The notes: generated by a model from the letters alone, not told the origin. Counted from the first letter of the stretch, positions 26,141-37,399 are shown. The stretch: 64,000 bases of DNA from Terriglobia bacterium (GCA_963695545.1 OY968796.1:2560001-2624000); one strand, 5' to 3'. Numbers and translations: made by a program.

Positions 26141-28534
26141 CTACAACTGGAAGTGGATTGTCACGGTGATGTGGGCTGTCGTCGGCTTGCCGTCAAGCAT
26201 TGCGGGGAAATACTTGCGCTGTCGAAGCGCATCAAGCGCCGCTTGGCGCAGCATTGCCGGTCCGGAAAGCACCGTCATACTCGCCACTCGCCCGCTCTCA
26301 TCGATCAAGACGTCCACGCTAACGTCCCCTTGCACCTTCTCCGCGCGAGCAGAGTATGGATAAATCGGCTCCGGCGCGGAACGCAAGCGCGGCTGCTGCG
26401 CGCCTGATGAAGTCCGCATCGGCGGAGGCGCTGCCGGGCCGCTCGGCTGCGATTCGGCGAGAAATTCATTGGTCGAAGCTGCGGTACTCGGTCCACCAGC
26501 CGCAATCGCGGGCGCCGCTTGATTCGTGGAGCGCGCCGCGGCCCTGGGCGCCGCGATCCTGGTCTCTGCAACTTCGGGTTCCGGCGCGAAATCCGGCGTT
26601 GGCTGGGGTGGCGCAGCAGATCCAGTTTTGTTTCCAGTCGAGCTCGCAGGCGATGCCGCCGAAGGACTCGCAATCGAGCGCGCATTCACGGCCGGCGGAT
26701 TGCCGACTTTTGTGTTCGGCGCATTTTTCGGCGTCGCCGCAATCCCGGTTGAGGTCGCGGCGAGTGGTCCCGTGCCCGAAGTCGTCGCCGCGTAGGTGGG
26801 CAGCGGCGCGCCAGAAAGCGGCGCGTTCGACGCAGGCGTCGCACTAGAGACAGTGGCGCCGATCGGTGTGGGCGCGGTAAAAATGGACTGGCTCGAAGCA
26901 GCGCCATTCGCGTCGAGTTTGGGATTTTTCTGCCAATGATAGACTGCGGCGCCGGCCGCCATCGCCCCAAACAGCGCAGCGGCCACGGCGATGCCCGCGG
27001 CATTTGCCCGTTTTGGTTCGGCTTCCTTTTTCCACGTGAAAGCTTGATCCGCGTTCGGCGCCGTTTCGCTCCGCGCTTTCGCCGCCGGACGAATGGGCGC
27101 CGCCTTGAATTTTTCGCGCGCGGCGGTCGTTGCCTTGGGCCGCGCGGGCATGGGCACAGGCGCTGCCGCGATAGGCTCCCACTTAGCGACCGCCGGCACG
27201 GCGGCGGGTGGAGCAGCGGGCGATGCCGAGCTCACTGGTGCGGGCTTCGCATCCTCGGGCTCCACAGTTGCAGGTTCTGCAACTGCGATTGCAATCTCTG
27301 CGGCGTCATGCTGCGCGGAGCGCATTGCTTCAACCGGCGAAGCCTCGGCCAAGGACATAGCCTCGGCGTGCGCTTCTACAGGCGGCGCGGTCCCAATTTC
27401 GCTGGCACCGGTCTGCGCGGAGCGCATTGCTTCGACCGTCTGCGGGGAGCGCATTGCTTCGACCGTCTCCGCGGAGTGCGCAACCTCGCCGGCCGCGACC
27501 CCAGCCGGAACCTCCATCAATTTTGAGAAAACATGACGCGCTCCCGTTCCAGGCGCGCTCTTGGCCGTCTGCGAACCGGGGTTTGCCGCTCGCGCCGCGG
27601 GAACGGGTGATGTCGGCCTTGTGACGGCCGGGCTTTTCGGAATCGCGGCCGCTTCCCGGTGCGCCAATTCCGCGCTCGTGGATTCGCCGCCGCCGGCCGC
27701 CGCCAACGCGTCTCCCCAGAACCCTGGCGCCGGCGCCAGGAATTCGAGTTCGACATAATATTTTTCGCCGCCGTTGGTTTTCACGCCGACCACGCGGCAG
27801 GCCGCTTCTACGCTCGATGCGAGATGCCTCAAAATGAGTATCTGCCCCGGCACCACGGTCTCGGCCAGGCGCACGACGGCGCCGCGCGCGAAGATGATCG
27901 CAGTGGTTGTCTGCTCGATGAACGCCTCGGAAGTTCGCGTTCCCCCCGATTCCGATTCCGAAACGTGAGACGCTCCGTGAACCGCCACGCCGAATTCGGC
28001 CTGCACCAAAACCGGAGCCGCAGCCGAGACATCTCCAGCAGTCGCCTTCGCCACGGCGCAAAGCTTTATGGACACGACCATGCGCACATGCGCGCCCGTG
28101 CTCGTCGCCAGAACCACGCGATCCAGCTCGATGACCTCATCGAGATTCAATTCGAGTTCGTCTTGTAACGGCGGCACCATGATGGCGATCGTCGCGTGCC
28201 CATGCTTCACCGCGTAGATGCCCACCTGCGCGTCGTCGTCGTTCAAATCGCCGGCGATTTCAAGGTCCGTTGGAAACGTCGCAAACTCGGCGGAATTCGC
28301 GGTGGGCCGCACGGCGACATGCACGGTGATCTCAAAATTGCGGCCGCCCGAGCACTCCATCGCGCCGCGGCTCCAATAGCCGTAGCCTTTTTCGTTGCGG
28401 CCCCAATCCGCGGCCACATCGGCGCTCGCCTTAAGGCAGAGCGGTTCCTCGCGCGCGATGGAAATAACCAGAGGCATTAGAGCGTGCTCCCTGCCAATCT
28501 TTGGGACTGCTCTCCCGCGTGATGCGCGCCACAT
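26141..28534 (-). CDS. TonB-family protein: degenerate PilZ-like domain, long Pro/Ala linker, TM, TonB C-terminal domain
   Basis: C-terminal PIYPYSARAEKVQGDV...IDESGRV...FQL; start uncertain, probably downstream of 28534. Confidence 0.8.
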   Translation of the reverse strand: MWRASRGRAVPKIGREHALMPLVISIAREEPLCLKASADVAADWGRNEKGYGYWSRGAMECSGGRNFEITVHVAVRPTANSAEFATFPTDLEIAGDLNDDDAQVGIYAVKHGHATIAIMVPPLQDELELNLDEVIELDRVVLATSTGAHVRMVVSIKLCAVAKATAGDVSAAAPVLVQAEFGVAVHGASHVSESESGGTRTSEAFIEQTTTAIIFARGAVVRLAETVVPGQILILRHLASSVEAACRVVGVKTNGGEKYYVELEFLAPAPGFWGDALAAAGGGESTSAELAHREAAAIPKSPAVTRPTSPVPAARAANPGSQTAKSAPGTGARHVFSKLMEVPAGVAAGEVAHSAETVEAMRSPQTVEAMRSAQTGASEIGTAPPVEAHAEAMSLAEASPVEAMRSAQHDAAEIAIAVAEPATVEPEDAKPAPVSSASPAAPPAAVPAVAKWEPIAAAPVPMPARPKATTAAREKFKAAPIRPAAKARSETAPNADQAFTWKKEAEPKRANAAGIAVAAALFGAMAAGAAVYHWQKNPKLDANGAASSQSIFTAPTPIGATVSSATPASNAPLSGAPLPTYAATTSGTGPLAATSTGIAATPKNAPNTKVGNPPAVNARSIASPSAASPASSTGNKTGSAAPPQPTPDFAPEPEVAETRIAAPRAAARSTNQAAPAIAAGGPSTAASTNEFLAESQPSGPAAPPPMRTSSGAQQPRLRSAPEPIYPYSARAEKVQGDVSVDVLIDESGRVASMTVLSGPAMLRQAALDALRQRKYFPAMLDGKPTTAHITVTIHFQL
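27313..27476. repeat. Intragenic 27-bp repeat encoding VEAMRSxQ (two tandem plus one dispersed copy)
   Basis: GGAGCGCATTGCTTC(G/A)ACC occurs three times. Confidence 0.75.
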
Positions 28535-28922
28535 TTCGCCGGGCGTAATCGGCGGTTCGGAGAAAACACCAGCCCATCCGGCCGTCTATCGATCCGGATT
28601 CTTCTCGATCCAGGTTGTCGTTTTGACTTCCGGTCGAATGATAAGGTACCCCCAGTAGGGGTAGCATGCAACGTTTCAGACGATTTGGGGTGGCTTTTTC
28701 GGTAGCGCCAGTAAAGGCGCCGAATTGCGGGTCCCAAGGTCCTTAGTATGCGGCCTTTCGCGGGACCGATTGGACCGATTCGCCTTGCCCAGCGCGGATA
28801 CGCGCGCGTATTCTGGTTGCCATCAGTGTCCCGCACCGCCTGTACTCCTTGGCAGCCCGGTTCGGCTATAATGGCGAGCGCCCAAAAGCGCCTTTTTCAA
28901 GTTCTTGGGGAGGTTTTTCGGC

Positions 28923-31079
28923 ATGGCCGTCCAGACGCGAGCTAAAGCCGCCGCCACCGATGCGACCCGCTACCGCGGTTTGAGCCGCGAGGATTTGATC
29001 CGCATCTATCGCACGATGTATCTCTCGCGCCGGCTCGACGACCGCGAAATCCAGCTCAAGCGCCAGAACCGAACTTACTTTCAGATCAGCGGCGCGGGCC
29101 ACGAGGCCGTCGGCGCCGCCGCGGGCTTGGCGCTGCGGCCCAGCCACGATTGGGTTCTGCCGTATTATCGCGATCGCGCGCTCTGCCTGATGCTCGGCAT
29201 CACGCCGTACGACATGCTGCTGCAAGCCGTCGGCGCGAAAGCCGATCCGAGTTCCGGCGGGCGGCAAATGCCCTCGCATTGGGGCAGCCAGAAATTGAAC
29301 ATCGTGCCGCGCTCTTCTGCCGTCGGCACACAGTATGTGCAAGCCGTGGGCATGGCGGAAGCGTCGCTCTATTTCAGCCACTTTCCGCACGCGCTCGAAC
29401 TTGCGCACGGCGCGCCGCTCGGCGAAGGCGTACGCCACCATGACGACGAAATTGTTCTGGTCACCGGCGGCGAAGGCAGCACGAGCGAAGGCGAATTTTT
29501 CGAAGCGTTGAACGTTGCGTGCCTCAAGCGCCTCCCGGTGCTTTTCCTGATTGAAGACAACGGCTACGCAATTTCTCAGCCCGTCGAGCGCCAGACGGCC
29601 GGCGGCAGCATTTCCAAGCTGGTGCAGAATTTCCCCGGCTTGCTCGTCGAAGAATGCGATGGCACCGATCCTCTTGCGAGTTACGAAGTGCTGGCGCGCG
29701 CGGTCGCGCACGGCCGTGAACGCAAAGGCCCGACGCTGGTCCACGCGCATGTCACCAGGCCGTATACCCATTCGCTTTCCGATGACGACAAGCTCTACAA
29801 GACTTCCGAGGAGCGCGAATCGGAAGCGCATCGCGATCCGATTCCCAAGTTCGGCTTATTCCTCGTGCGCGAAGGGATCCTCGACGAAAAGGGCATGGAG
29901 GAGATGGAAGCCGCGGTTGATGCCGAGGTCCGCGACGCGGTTGATCGCGCGCTTGTCGCCGAGCCGCCATCCACCGATTCGATTCTCACGTTTCAATATT
30001 CTCCCGATGTGGATCCGACTTCAGACCGCTTCGCGGCCGAGCCGAATCTCTCAGGCGATCCGCTCACGATGGTGGAGATGATCTCGGCCACGCTCAGCGA
30101 CGAAATGGCGCGCGACGATCGCATTGTTGTCCTTGGCGAAGATGTCGCCGACGGCGGTCGCGAAGAAAATGTCGGCAAGATCAAAGGCAAAGGCGGCGTG
30201 TTCAAGGCTACCGCCGGATTGCAGCGGCGCTTCGGCGGCGAGCGCGTGTTCAGCACTACCCTGGCCGAAGCCAATATTGTCGGCCGGTCGTTGGGTATGG
30301 CCGTGCGCGGCATGAAACCCGTGGCCGAAATTCAATTTTTCGATTACATCTGGCCTGCCATGATGCAGTTCCGCGACGAGCTCTGCGTGTTTCGCTGGCG
30401 CTCGGCGGGCGCGTTCAAGGCGCCCGCGATTATTCGCGCGCCCATCGGCGGATATCTTTCTGGCGGCGCGATCTATCACAGCCAATCCGGCGAAGTGATG
30501 TTCACGCACCTGCCGGGGCTGCGCGTGGTCATGCCTGCCACCGCGCTCGATTTGTGCGGCCTGCTGCGCACGGCGCTGCGCGCGGACGATCCCGTTCTTT
30601 TCCTCGAGCACAAACATTTGTATCGGCAGCCGTACAATCGCTCGCCGTATCCCGGCCCTGATTTCACGATCCCCTTCGGCAAGGCGCGCGTCCTGCGCGA
30701 AGGTTCTGACGTCACCGTTGTGACTTACGGCGCCCTCGTGCATCGTGCGAATCAGGCCGCGGCGCAGCTTGCGCGCGAAGGCATCTCGGTTGAATTGCTC
30801 GATCTGCGCTCGCTCTCGCCGTACGATTGGGACGCGATCGCCACGAGCGTACGCAAGACCGGCCGCGTGCTCGTCGCGCACGAAGATACAATTAGCTGGG
30901 GCTACGGCGCGGAAATCGCCGCGCGCATCGCCGATGAACTGTTCGACGATCTGGACGCTCCCGTGCGCCGCGTCGGCGCGATGGATACCTTCTGCGGCTA
31001 TCACCCCGATCTCGAAAACAAAATCCTGCCCCAGACCGAAGACTTGGCCCGAGCTCTGCGCGATTTAACGGCGTATTGA
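28923..31079 (+). CDS. 2-oxoacid dehydrogenase E1, fused alpha/beta subunits
   Basis: GAGHEA, TPP motif GEGSTSEG...NGYAIS, GEDV, EIQFFDY, HSQ and FLEHK motifs. Confidence 0.95.
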   Translation: MAVQTRAKAAATDATRYRGLSREDLIRIYRTMYLSRRLDDREIQLKRQNRTYFQISGAGHEAVGAAAGLALRPSHDWVLPYYRDRALCLMLGITPYDMLLQAVGAKADPSSGGRQMPSHWGSQKLNIVPRSSAVGTQYVQAVGMAEASLYFSHFPHALELAHGAPLGEGVRHHDDEIVLVTGGEGSTSEGEFFEALNVACLKRLPVLFLIEDNGYAISQPVERQTAGGSISKLVQNFPGLLVEECDGTDPLASYEVLARAVAHGRERKGPTLVHAHVTRPYTHSLSDDDKLYKTSEERESEAHRDPIPKFGLFLVREGILDEKGMEEMEAAVDAEVRDAVDRALVAEPPSTDSILTFQYSPDVDPTSDRFAAEPNLSGDPLTMVEMISATLSDEMARDDRIVVLGEDVADGGREENVGKIKGKGGVFKATAGLQRRFGGERVFSTTLAEANIVGRSLGMAVRGMKPVAEIQFFDYIWPAMMQFRDELCVFRWRSAGAFKAPAIIRAPIGGYLSGGAIYHSQSGEVMFTHLPGLRVVMPATALDLCGLLRTALRADDPVLFLEHKHLYRQPYNRSPYPGPDFTIPFGKARVLREGSDVTVVTYGALVHRANQAAAQLAREGISVELLDLRSLSPYDWDAIATSVRKTGRVLVAHEDTISWGYGAEIAARIADELFDDLDAPVRRVGAMDTFCGYHPDLENKILPQTEDLARALRDLTAY

Positions 31080-31208
31080 TCCGCGCGCCCCGCCAAACCC
31101 GCCCCAAGTCTGGCGATGGCCAGGTTCCGATAATCCGACTGATCAGGAGTTAGGCGCATTCGCGCCAGCGACCGGCATGATAGCCAACTGAAGCTACCCA
31201 TCCATGAT

Positions 31209-32849
31209 TCAGTTCGCGGCGAGAGTGTTCAAGTTGCAGGTTGCGCTGACCGGATTAAAGGAAAAATTTCCGCCGGCGTCCTCACCGCTCAGCAGGCGCC
31301 CGTTCAGCGTAATCGTGCCCGAGCCGCTGAGGCTTCCATTTGGCCGCACCACCAAAGTGAACGGCTTGTCATTCGCGACGGCGATCGAGACCTGCCCCCC
31401 GGACTCCCGCAGCGAGTACGTCTTCAAAACGTGCGCTTGGCCGCAATCGAGCACGACGCTTTGGTATTGGAATTCGACGCGCAGCCCGCCCGCGGCCGAA
31501 TACACGCCGGACATTTCTACACCCGGCGGAGGCGTTGCGCCGGATGTGTCCGCGCCAAACAGGGCGGCCTGCGTCGCGCTGGGCTTCGCGGCAGGTGGCG
31601 CAGTCTGCGGCGCGAACGTGCCAAACGAGCAACTCACCGTCGCGGGTGCATAAATCGGGACCTGTTTCGTCGTCGTACTGCCGGGGACTGCCCTGCCATT
31701 GTGGTATTCGGTTGTGGTGACGGTTCGATGGCCGGTGATCACTTGGCCGGTGACCGTCTCGCTGCCGGGGCCGACGACTTGCCCGCCGGAATTCAGAGTC
31801 AGCGGCAGCGGTTCGGGACTGTTGGCGATTTGCACGAGGTAACCATTGCCGCTGGCCGCCATCGTGTATGTGATTGGCAGCTCTGCGAGGTTTCCGCAGC
31901 CCGACAGGCCAACCACGCTTTGCCCCGGCGGCGCTGGCCCGATATTGAAATTCAGAACCATGCCGTTCGCGGCTTTGTATTGCCCAACCATCACTGGACC
32001 ATGCGGCGCCGTCGGCGCGCTCGTGTCGACTCCAAAGTAATCGGCAAGGCCCGCGAATAATCCGGTAAGGGCGCCGCCCATGCAATCGCTCTTGCTGCCG
32101 CCGAGCTCGAGGCACCGCGCTTGCTCTTTGGTTGGAGCAGAATCTTGCGAGCCGCTAAAATTGGACGGATCAAAAATCCCGAGGTCCCCCGCACCGCCAT
32201 AACTTCCCGTGCTGCCCGGAGGGCCCGTCGGCGCGCTGTTCCCCGCCTGCGCCGGCGCGCGATTTTGCTTGCCCTGCTGAGCGGGCTGAGCGCCGTTGGC
32301 CGAGTGCGGCGGAGAGTTTCGATTGTTATATGCATTGAGAAACGCGCTGGTCAGAAGCTTCCGAAATATTTCGTCGTGCACCGAATTGTCGAGCAGCTCG
32401 TATTTGGCGTGCAGCGTATTGAAAGCTTTCAACTCATCGGCGGTGTGAGTTTTTCCGTAGTCCTGCGTGATCTGGTAGGCGGCGGTGCTGTAGCTATTCG
32501 CGAGGCTCGTTTCCGCCGGGGTCGTGTCGCCGTATTGGCGTGCCGGAGCTTCGCCCATCACCTCGATCAGTTGGACAAGGATGTTGAACGCGGCCACCTG
32601 CCGCGCCAGCGTGTTCGTGGGATCGCTTCCCTGAATCGTGCTCTTCACCTGATCCACGGTTGGCATTCCGGATAAATAGGACGTGTCGGGTGGCGGGCCT
32701 GTCGGAGCTGGCGGACGATTTTGCCGAGGCTGACCGGTCCCTGTCGATGCCGCAAGGACCCATGAGACCGCAGCCAGCAAAAACGTCGCTGCCAGCGCGC
32801 ACGATAAGATGGAAAGCATTCGGTGACGGCGCATCCTTTGCTCCTTCAT
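31209..32849 (-). CDS. Secreted hypothetical protein with a duplicated beta-rich C-terminal domain
   Basis: Signal peptide, Gly/Ser/Thr-rich, paired Cys, two similar segments (GQYKAANGM / GVYSAAGGL ... GxxTxxG). Confidence 0.75.
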   Translation of the reverse strand: MKEQRMRRHRMLSILSCALAATFLLAAVSWVLAASTGTGQPRQNRPPAPTGPPPDTSYLSGMPTVDQVKSTIQGSDPTNTLARQVAAFNILVQLIEVMGEAPARQYGDTTPAETSLANSYSTAAYQITQDYGKTHTADELKAFNTLHAKYELLDNSVHDEIFRKLLTSAFLNAYNNRNSPPHSANGAQPAQQGKQNRAPAQAGNSAPTGPPGSTGSYGGAGDLGIFDPSNFSGSQDSAPTKEQARCLELGGSKSDCMGGALTGLFAGLADYFGVDTSAPTAPHGPVMVGQYKAANGMVLNFNIGPAPPGQSVVGLSGCGNLAELPITYTMAASGNGYLVQIANSPEPLPLTLNSGGQVVGPGSETVTGQVITGHRTVTTTEYHNGRAVPGSTTTKQVPIYAPATVSCSFGTFAPQTAPPAAKPSATQAALFGADTSGATPPPGVEMSGVYSAAGGLRVEFQYQSVVLDCGQAHVLKTYSLRESGGQVSIAVANDKPFTLVVRPNGSLSGSGTITLNGRLLSGEDAGGNFSFNPVSATCNLNTLAAN

Positions 32850-32942
32850 GACGGCGACCTCCACAGCTATCGCTGACCGTGGGTTTCTCGAAGCGCACTG
32901 CGCCAGCTTGTCGCCATGTGGCGCGTTTCCATCGAGTCCCAA

Positions 32943-33704
32943 CTAGAACCCCGGTTTGTTCTGATTGGCCTGGTTCAGCTGATCCTGTTTGGCTTTGGCG
33001 GCCGCGGCGTTCTTGGCCGCCACGGTGTTCATCGCCGCCTGGTAGGCGTACGGCAGGTTCACCAGCTGGACGGTGTAGCTGCCGAGCAGCTGTGGATCGG
33101 TGGTGTGATTGAGCGTGGCTTTCAGCGCAAAGTAGGAAGCGTAGCAAGTCTTTTGAAAGTTGTTCAGCGTCTGCGGCGGTCCTAACGAAATATAGGAAAG
33201 ATAATCGCCTCCGTCGCAGATTTGCAGCGCCGGATTCGGCGTGGTGATTTGTTTGCCGCTCGAATCGTACAGCCACCAGTAAATGCTGGTGATGCCGCGA
33301 TCCACGGACATCGTCTCCGTGCCGTATTTGTCGTGCAGCGCGCTAAGCACGGCGGACGCGGAGAGGGGCGCGCCGGGCGCCGAGGGGTAGTCAAGCTGGC
33401 TTCGTGTGACCATCCACACGGCGGAGTCGTTCGGCGGTTGCGTCAATAAAACAGTGATTTGATCCTGATTCTTGGGATCCGGGACGATCATCGAAAACCC
33501 AATTGAAGCCGGCGAGCTGTTGGTAATCGGAGCGGACGCGTGTTTCTGAAGCTGCGCCCTGGCCGCAGCCATGGGCATACCAATATAAATGCCCAAGAGA
33601 TCCGGAGTCGTCGGCGCGGGTGATGTGTTCTGCGCCGGCGTTGAAGCGGCGACAAGCGAGAGAGCGCCGAGAATGAACAGTAGCCATATCGATCTGATCC
33701 GCAT
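32943..33704 (-). CDS. Secreted hypothetical protein
   Basis: Signal peptide, DLLGIYIGMP motif, AGGAG RBS. Confidence 0.8.
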   Translation of the reverse strand: MRIRSIWLLFILGALSLVAASTPAQNTSPAPTTPDLLGIYIGMPMAAARAQLQKHASAPITNSSPASIGFSMIVPDPKNQDQITVLLTQPPNDSAVWMVTRSQLDYPSAPGAPLSASAVLSALHDKYGTETMSVDRGITSIYWWLYDSSGKQITTPNPALQICDGGDYLSYISLGPPQTLNNFQKTCYASYFALKATLNHTTDPQLLGSYTVQLVNLPYAYQAAMNTVAAKNAAAAKAKQDQLNQANQNKPGF

Positions 33705-34074
33705 AGTCTCTGGTCTCCTAGAGTTCGCCTCCGTTTTCCGACTTGGACGAAAGTCACTGCTCGCAGTTAGCGACGAGAAGGGTCTCGCGCCGCCCGATAC
33801 GGGAAGCGATGCTGTTTGAATCGGGATTTGAAATTTGACCTCCCGAAATCGCCGGTAATCTATATCTGACTGTTTCAGTTTTCAAGCTCCGGCCAAATGT
33901 CCAGTTTCTCCGGAGGCACCAGCCACCACGGGTTGTGCGGGTTTGGGCCAAACCTAAGTCCCGATCTGCGCGCGATCCGGAAACTGACCCACCATCGAAC
34001 TTTTCCGTCGCAGCATGCGTATAGACAATTGGAGATATAATCGGGGCGGGAGTTTGTCCGCACAGGAGGACTTC

Positions 34075-34440
34075 ATGATTTGTCCGAATTGCCAGAGGGA
34101 CATCGCGGGATACTCGAACTTTTGTTATTTCTGCGGGGCGCGACAGGCGCAGGCATCGATTCCCGCCGCTCCGGCCCAGCAGAAGCGCTTGGTGCGCTCG
34201 GCCACGAATTGCCGGCTTGCCGGCGTTTGCGGAGGACTCGCTGAATATCTGGACATCGATCCCACGATTGTTCGGCTGGTATGGGCGCTCTTGACGATAT
34301 TCAGCGGATTCGTCTTCGGCGTGGTGGGTTATTTCATCGCTTGGATCGTCATGCCGGTCGGCCCGCTGCCGGTTCCGGCCGCGGTGCAGTTGCAGTCACA
34401 GGCTCCGCCGGCCGACGCCGGGATTGCCACCGCGCAATAA
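34075..34440 (+). CDS. PspC domain protein with N-terminal zinc ribbon
   Basis: CPNC...CYFC; LAGVCGGLAEYLDIDPTIVRL; AGGAGG RBS. Confidence 0.9.
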   Translation: MICPNCQRDIAGYSNFCYFCGARQAQASIPAAPAQQKRLVRSATNCRLAGVCGGLAEYLDIDPTIVRLVWALLTIFSGFVFGVVGYFIAWIVMPVGPLPVPAAVQLQSQAPPADAGIATAQ

Positions 34441-34519
34441 GCGCCTCCGCGCGCGGTTCGCACTGGGCCGGTTGCCACGCGCCGTTCATCACGCGCGGTT
34501 CGCAACAAGCGAAGCACGC

Positions 34520-34960
34520 TCACTTTGAAGGTTTGGATTTCTTTGCGCTTTTCGATCCGCCGCCCTCGAACGTAACGCGGTCGAGTGAGATCGCTCCGGC
34601 CCCCACCGTAGCGAGCGCAAATGCCGCTGTGCACAGCACGAGCGGCAATTGATATTTTCCGACCGCGTAGATCCCGGCGCGCGGAATGGCCACGCGCGCG
34701 AGCGCGATTCCCATCTCGATCGCGAGCAGCAGCGCCGCGAGGCGCGTCACCAGTCCCACGACCAGCAGGATTCCTCCGAAAAATTCGAGTGCGCCCGACA
34801 GTGTGGCGAAATAAGACGGAAATCCCATGTGCTCGAAGCCCGCCACTGTCGCGTTGTGATTCGTAAACAGCTCAGGATAACCGTGGTACATAAAAATTCC
34901 GCCCAGCGCCAGCCGCAGCAAGAGCAGCGACAGCGGCTTCAGATTTTCCATAAATCGCAT
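34520..34960 (-). CDS. DoxX family membrane protein
   Basis: LRLALGGIFMYHG, EFFGGILLVVG and GAGAISLD motifs. Confidence 0.9.
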   Translation of the reverse strand: MRFMENLKPLSLLLLRLALGGIFMYHGYPELFTNHNATVAGFEHMGFPSYFATLSGALEFFGGILLVVGLVTRLAALLLAIEMGIALARVAIPRAGIYAVGKYQLPLVLCTAAFALATVGAGAISLDRVTFEGGGSKSAKKSKPSK

Positions 34961-35255
34961 AGAAAAGTTCCCCCGTATGACCTCGCGTTCCGTTGATGAT
35001 TGCGACGCGCGGATTTTATCATCGAATCCTGGCGTGGTAGTTCGCGCGCCTTCGTGCCGTTGCGAATTGTTACTTCTCATTGTCGGCGTCGCCGCGCCGA
35101 TCGCGCACTTGATGCTAGAATCTTATTTGGGTTACGGGAGGAATTTTGCCTGCCTGTAGTTTCACCAGACCACAGAGCGAGTTCGGTGGACATTCGCCCA
35201 ATCGAAACGCAACGACCGCCGCGCTGCGCAGCAGCCGCTACGGGAGACGCGACTG

Positions 35256-36365
35256 ATGGCGGGTCCGGGTCCGCGCATTCGCTGGGCTGCTCCCATTGTT
35301 GTGTTGGCAGTGGTTGCGGTGATTTATTGGTGGACGCATCCGAGGCAGCGTGGCCTCGGCGACGCCTACGTCTCCGAAAAATCGATCACCTTGTGGACCA
35401 GTACCGCCGAAGTCCGGCAACCGGCCGCCACGCTGCATTATGGCGATCGAGTAACCATCCTCGCGCTGCAAGGCATGGTCGATCAGGTGCGCACCGCCGC
35501 CGGCGCGAAGGGGTGGATGGATTCGTCGGGCCTGATGGATCCAGCGATCTGGCAGCGCTCGACGGCTTTACTCGCGAGCGCGCAAAAGATGGAAGTGCAA
35601 GCGCGCGGCTACGCCAAGACCGTCACGAACGTGCACATCGAGCCGGGCCGTGCATCCGATCGCATCTACCAATTTGCTCGCAATGTGCCCGTCGTGATTC
35701 TTGCGCGCGCGGTGGCCGCGCCCGTGCCCACGCCCCCGGAAAATAACGCCGACGAAGCCCCGCCCGCCGCGCCCGATGAATCGAAGCCGAAACTCGAAGA
35801 CTGGCTTCTGGTGATGCGCGATACTTCGGCCGCCGCCGTTCCGCTGGCTGGCGAAAGTGTACCTGTCAGCCCCGTCACGCCGAATCCGGCACTTGCTGCG
35901 GACGACGCGCAGGCGCAGGATTCCGAGTTGCCGATGGCGGGCTGGGTTCTCGCGCGTTTCATTGAGATGACTCCGCCCGGCCCCGTGCGAGACAACGCTC
36001 TCTCGTCCGATCTGCATCTTGTCGCGTGGTTTCAGTTGAACAGCGTGCCCGGAACTTCCGGCGACATGCCGCAGTATTTGGTCGCGGGCTCGCGCGGAGA
36101 AGAAGGACAACCCTGCGATTTCACTCTGCTGCGCGTTTACACCTGGGACGATCCGAGGCAGCGCTACGAAACGGCTTTCCTCGAAAGCGATCTCTGCGGC
36201 AAGCTCCCCATCCACGTTTTCGAGAGCGGCGGCGATCCCGAATTCAAATTTGCGGATACCAGCGGCGTGGTCGGCGAGCGCACCTACGTGATGCGCCGCA
36301 CAATGGTGACCCTCGTCGGGGCCGAACAAAAAAGCGCGCGCGCGCCGCGACGCTCGAAGAAATGA
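35256..36365 (+). CDS. SH3-like domain membrane-anchored protein
   Basis: N-terminal TM; LHYGDRVTIL...VRTAAGAKGWM is SH3b-like. Confidence 0.75.
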   Translation: MAGPGPRIRWAAPIVVLAVVAVIYWWTHPRQRGLGDAYVSEKSITLWTSTAEVRQPAATLHYGDRVTILALQGMVDQVRTAAGAKGWMDSSGLMDPAIWQRSTALLASAQKMEVQARGYAKTVTNVHIEPGRASDRIYQFARNVPVVILARAVAAPVPTPPENNADEAPPAAPDESKPKLEDWLLVMRDTSAAAVPLAGESVPVSPVTPNPALAADDAQAQDSELPMAGWVLARFIEMTPPGPVRDNALSSDLHLVAWFQLNSVPGTSGDMPQYLVAGSRGEEGQPCDFTLLRVYTWDDPRQRYETAFLESDLCGKLPIHVFESGGDPEFKFADTSGVVGERTYVMRRTMVTLVGAEQKSARAPRRSKK

Positions 36366-37366
36366 TCTGCACGCTCAATCGCAACTTATTCGCGACGCTC
36401 GCGCGTTCTCGCCGCCTGGTCTCGATCGTCGCCGCGCTCGGCGTCGCGCTCGCCTCGGCTGGATGTGCGCGCGGGCCGAGCCCGGCGGCTGCGGCGCCTG
36501 CGCAGCCTCCGCCGCTCGAATTTGTCGGCGCGTGGGGCACTCGCGGAACGGATCCGGGGCAACTGGATGTGCCGATCGGCGTCGCAACCGACGCGCTCGG
36601 CCGCGTTTACGTCGCCGACGCTGGAACGAGTTCGATCGAGAAATTCACGGCCACAGGCGGACCGCTGCTTTCTTTCGGAGACGCTTGGCTAGAAAAAGCC
36701 CAGGGAATTGCCGTGGATCGCGGCGGCGGAATTTATGTGGCGGAAGGAAACCGTGTCCAGGTTTTCTGGCCTGAAGGCGATCGGCTTCATGTGACCTACG
36801 GCGGATTGCTGGGAGCGACGGGCGTTGCAGTCGATTCCGATGGCACGTATTACGTGAGTGACAGCAAGGTGTGCCGCGTGACGGCTTTCACCGCGCGCGG
36901 ACGGATGCTGCGCACGTGGGGCCGGCGCGGAACCGCTGACGGTGAATTCACAGATCCTTCCGGCGTGGCGATTGGTCCCGATGGATTCGTATACGTGGCC
37001 GACGATGGTGGCGCGCGCGTCCAGAAATTCACGACTGATGGCGTGTTCGTCTCGTCGTTCGGCCAGGTCGATACAAGCGGTAACGCTCTCGGCAGCCGAG
37101 ACGCCGTCGGCCTTGCGGTTTCCGCTCGCGATATTTTTTTAGTGGGTGGCGGTGTCGATCCGTTGCGAGTCTGGTCGCTCGATGGACACGAAGTGCAAAT
37201 TGATCCGGCCGCGCTCACCGCGGCTGCGGCCCCCGCATCGGGCGCGGATGCCGCGCAAGCGCCGGCCAAACTTCGCGCTGTGGCCGTGAATATTGATCCA
37301 GGCGGTGATCTGTTATTGCTCGACGCCGCAAGCGACCGTGTGCTGCGCTTTCATCTTCATTTGTAA
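36362..37366 (+). CDS. NHL repeat lipoprotein
   Basis: Lipobox SAGC; repeats PIGVATD...VYVAD and PSGVAIGPDGFVYVAD. Confidence 0.85.
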   Translation: MICTLNRNLFATLARSRRLVSIVAALGVALASAGCARGPSPAAAAPAQPPPLEFVGAWGTRGTDPGQLDVPIGVATDALGRVYVADAGTSSIEKFTATGGPLLSFGDAWLEKAQGIAVDRGGGIYVAEGNRVQVFWPEGDRLHVTYGGLLGATGVAVDSDGTYYVSDSKVCRVTAFTARGRMLRTWGRRGTADGEFTDPSGVAIGPDGFVYVADDGGARVQKFTTDGVFVSSFGQVDTSGNALGSRDAVGLAVSARDIFLVGGGVDPLRVWSLDGHEVQIDPAALTAAAAPASGADAAQAPAKLRAVAVNIDPGGDLLLLDAASDRVLRFHLHL

Positions 37367-37399
37367 TTCGGCGCGTCCGCTCGCGTTCAACGGAGGTGC

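Noticed and set aside
31092..31155. attC-like stretch GCCAAAC...GTTAGGC after the E1 gene
   Set aside because: Inverse core mismatches RYYYAAC, inner boxes pair poorly, single copy, no integrase, follows a housekeeping gene
33710..34010. Possible riboswitch upstream of the secreted pair
   Set aside because: Short hairpins present, but I could not match any riboswitch consensus by eye
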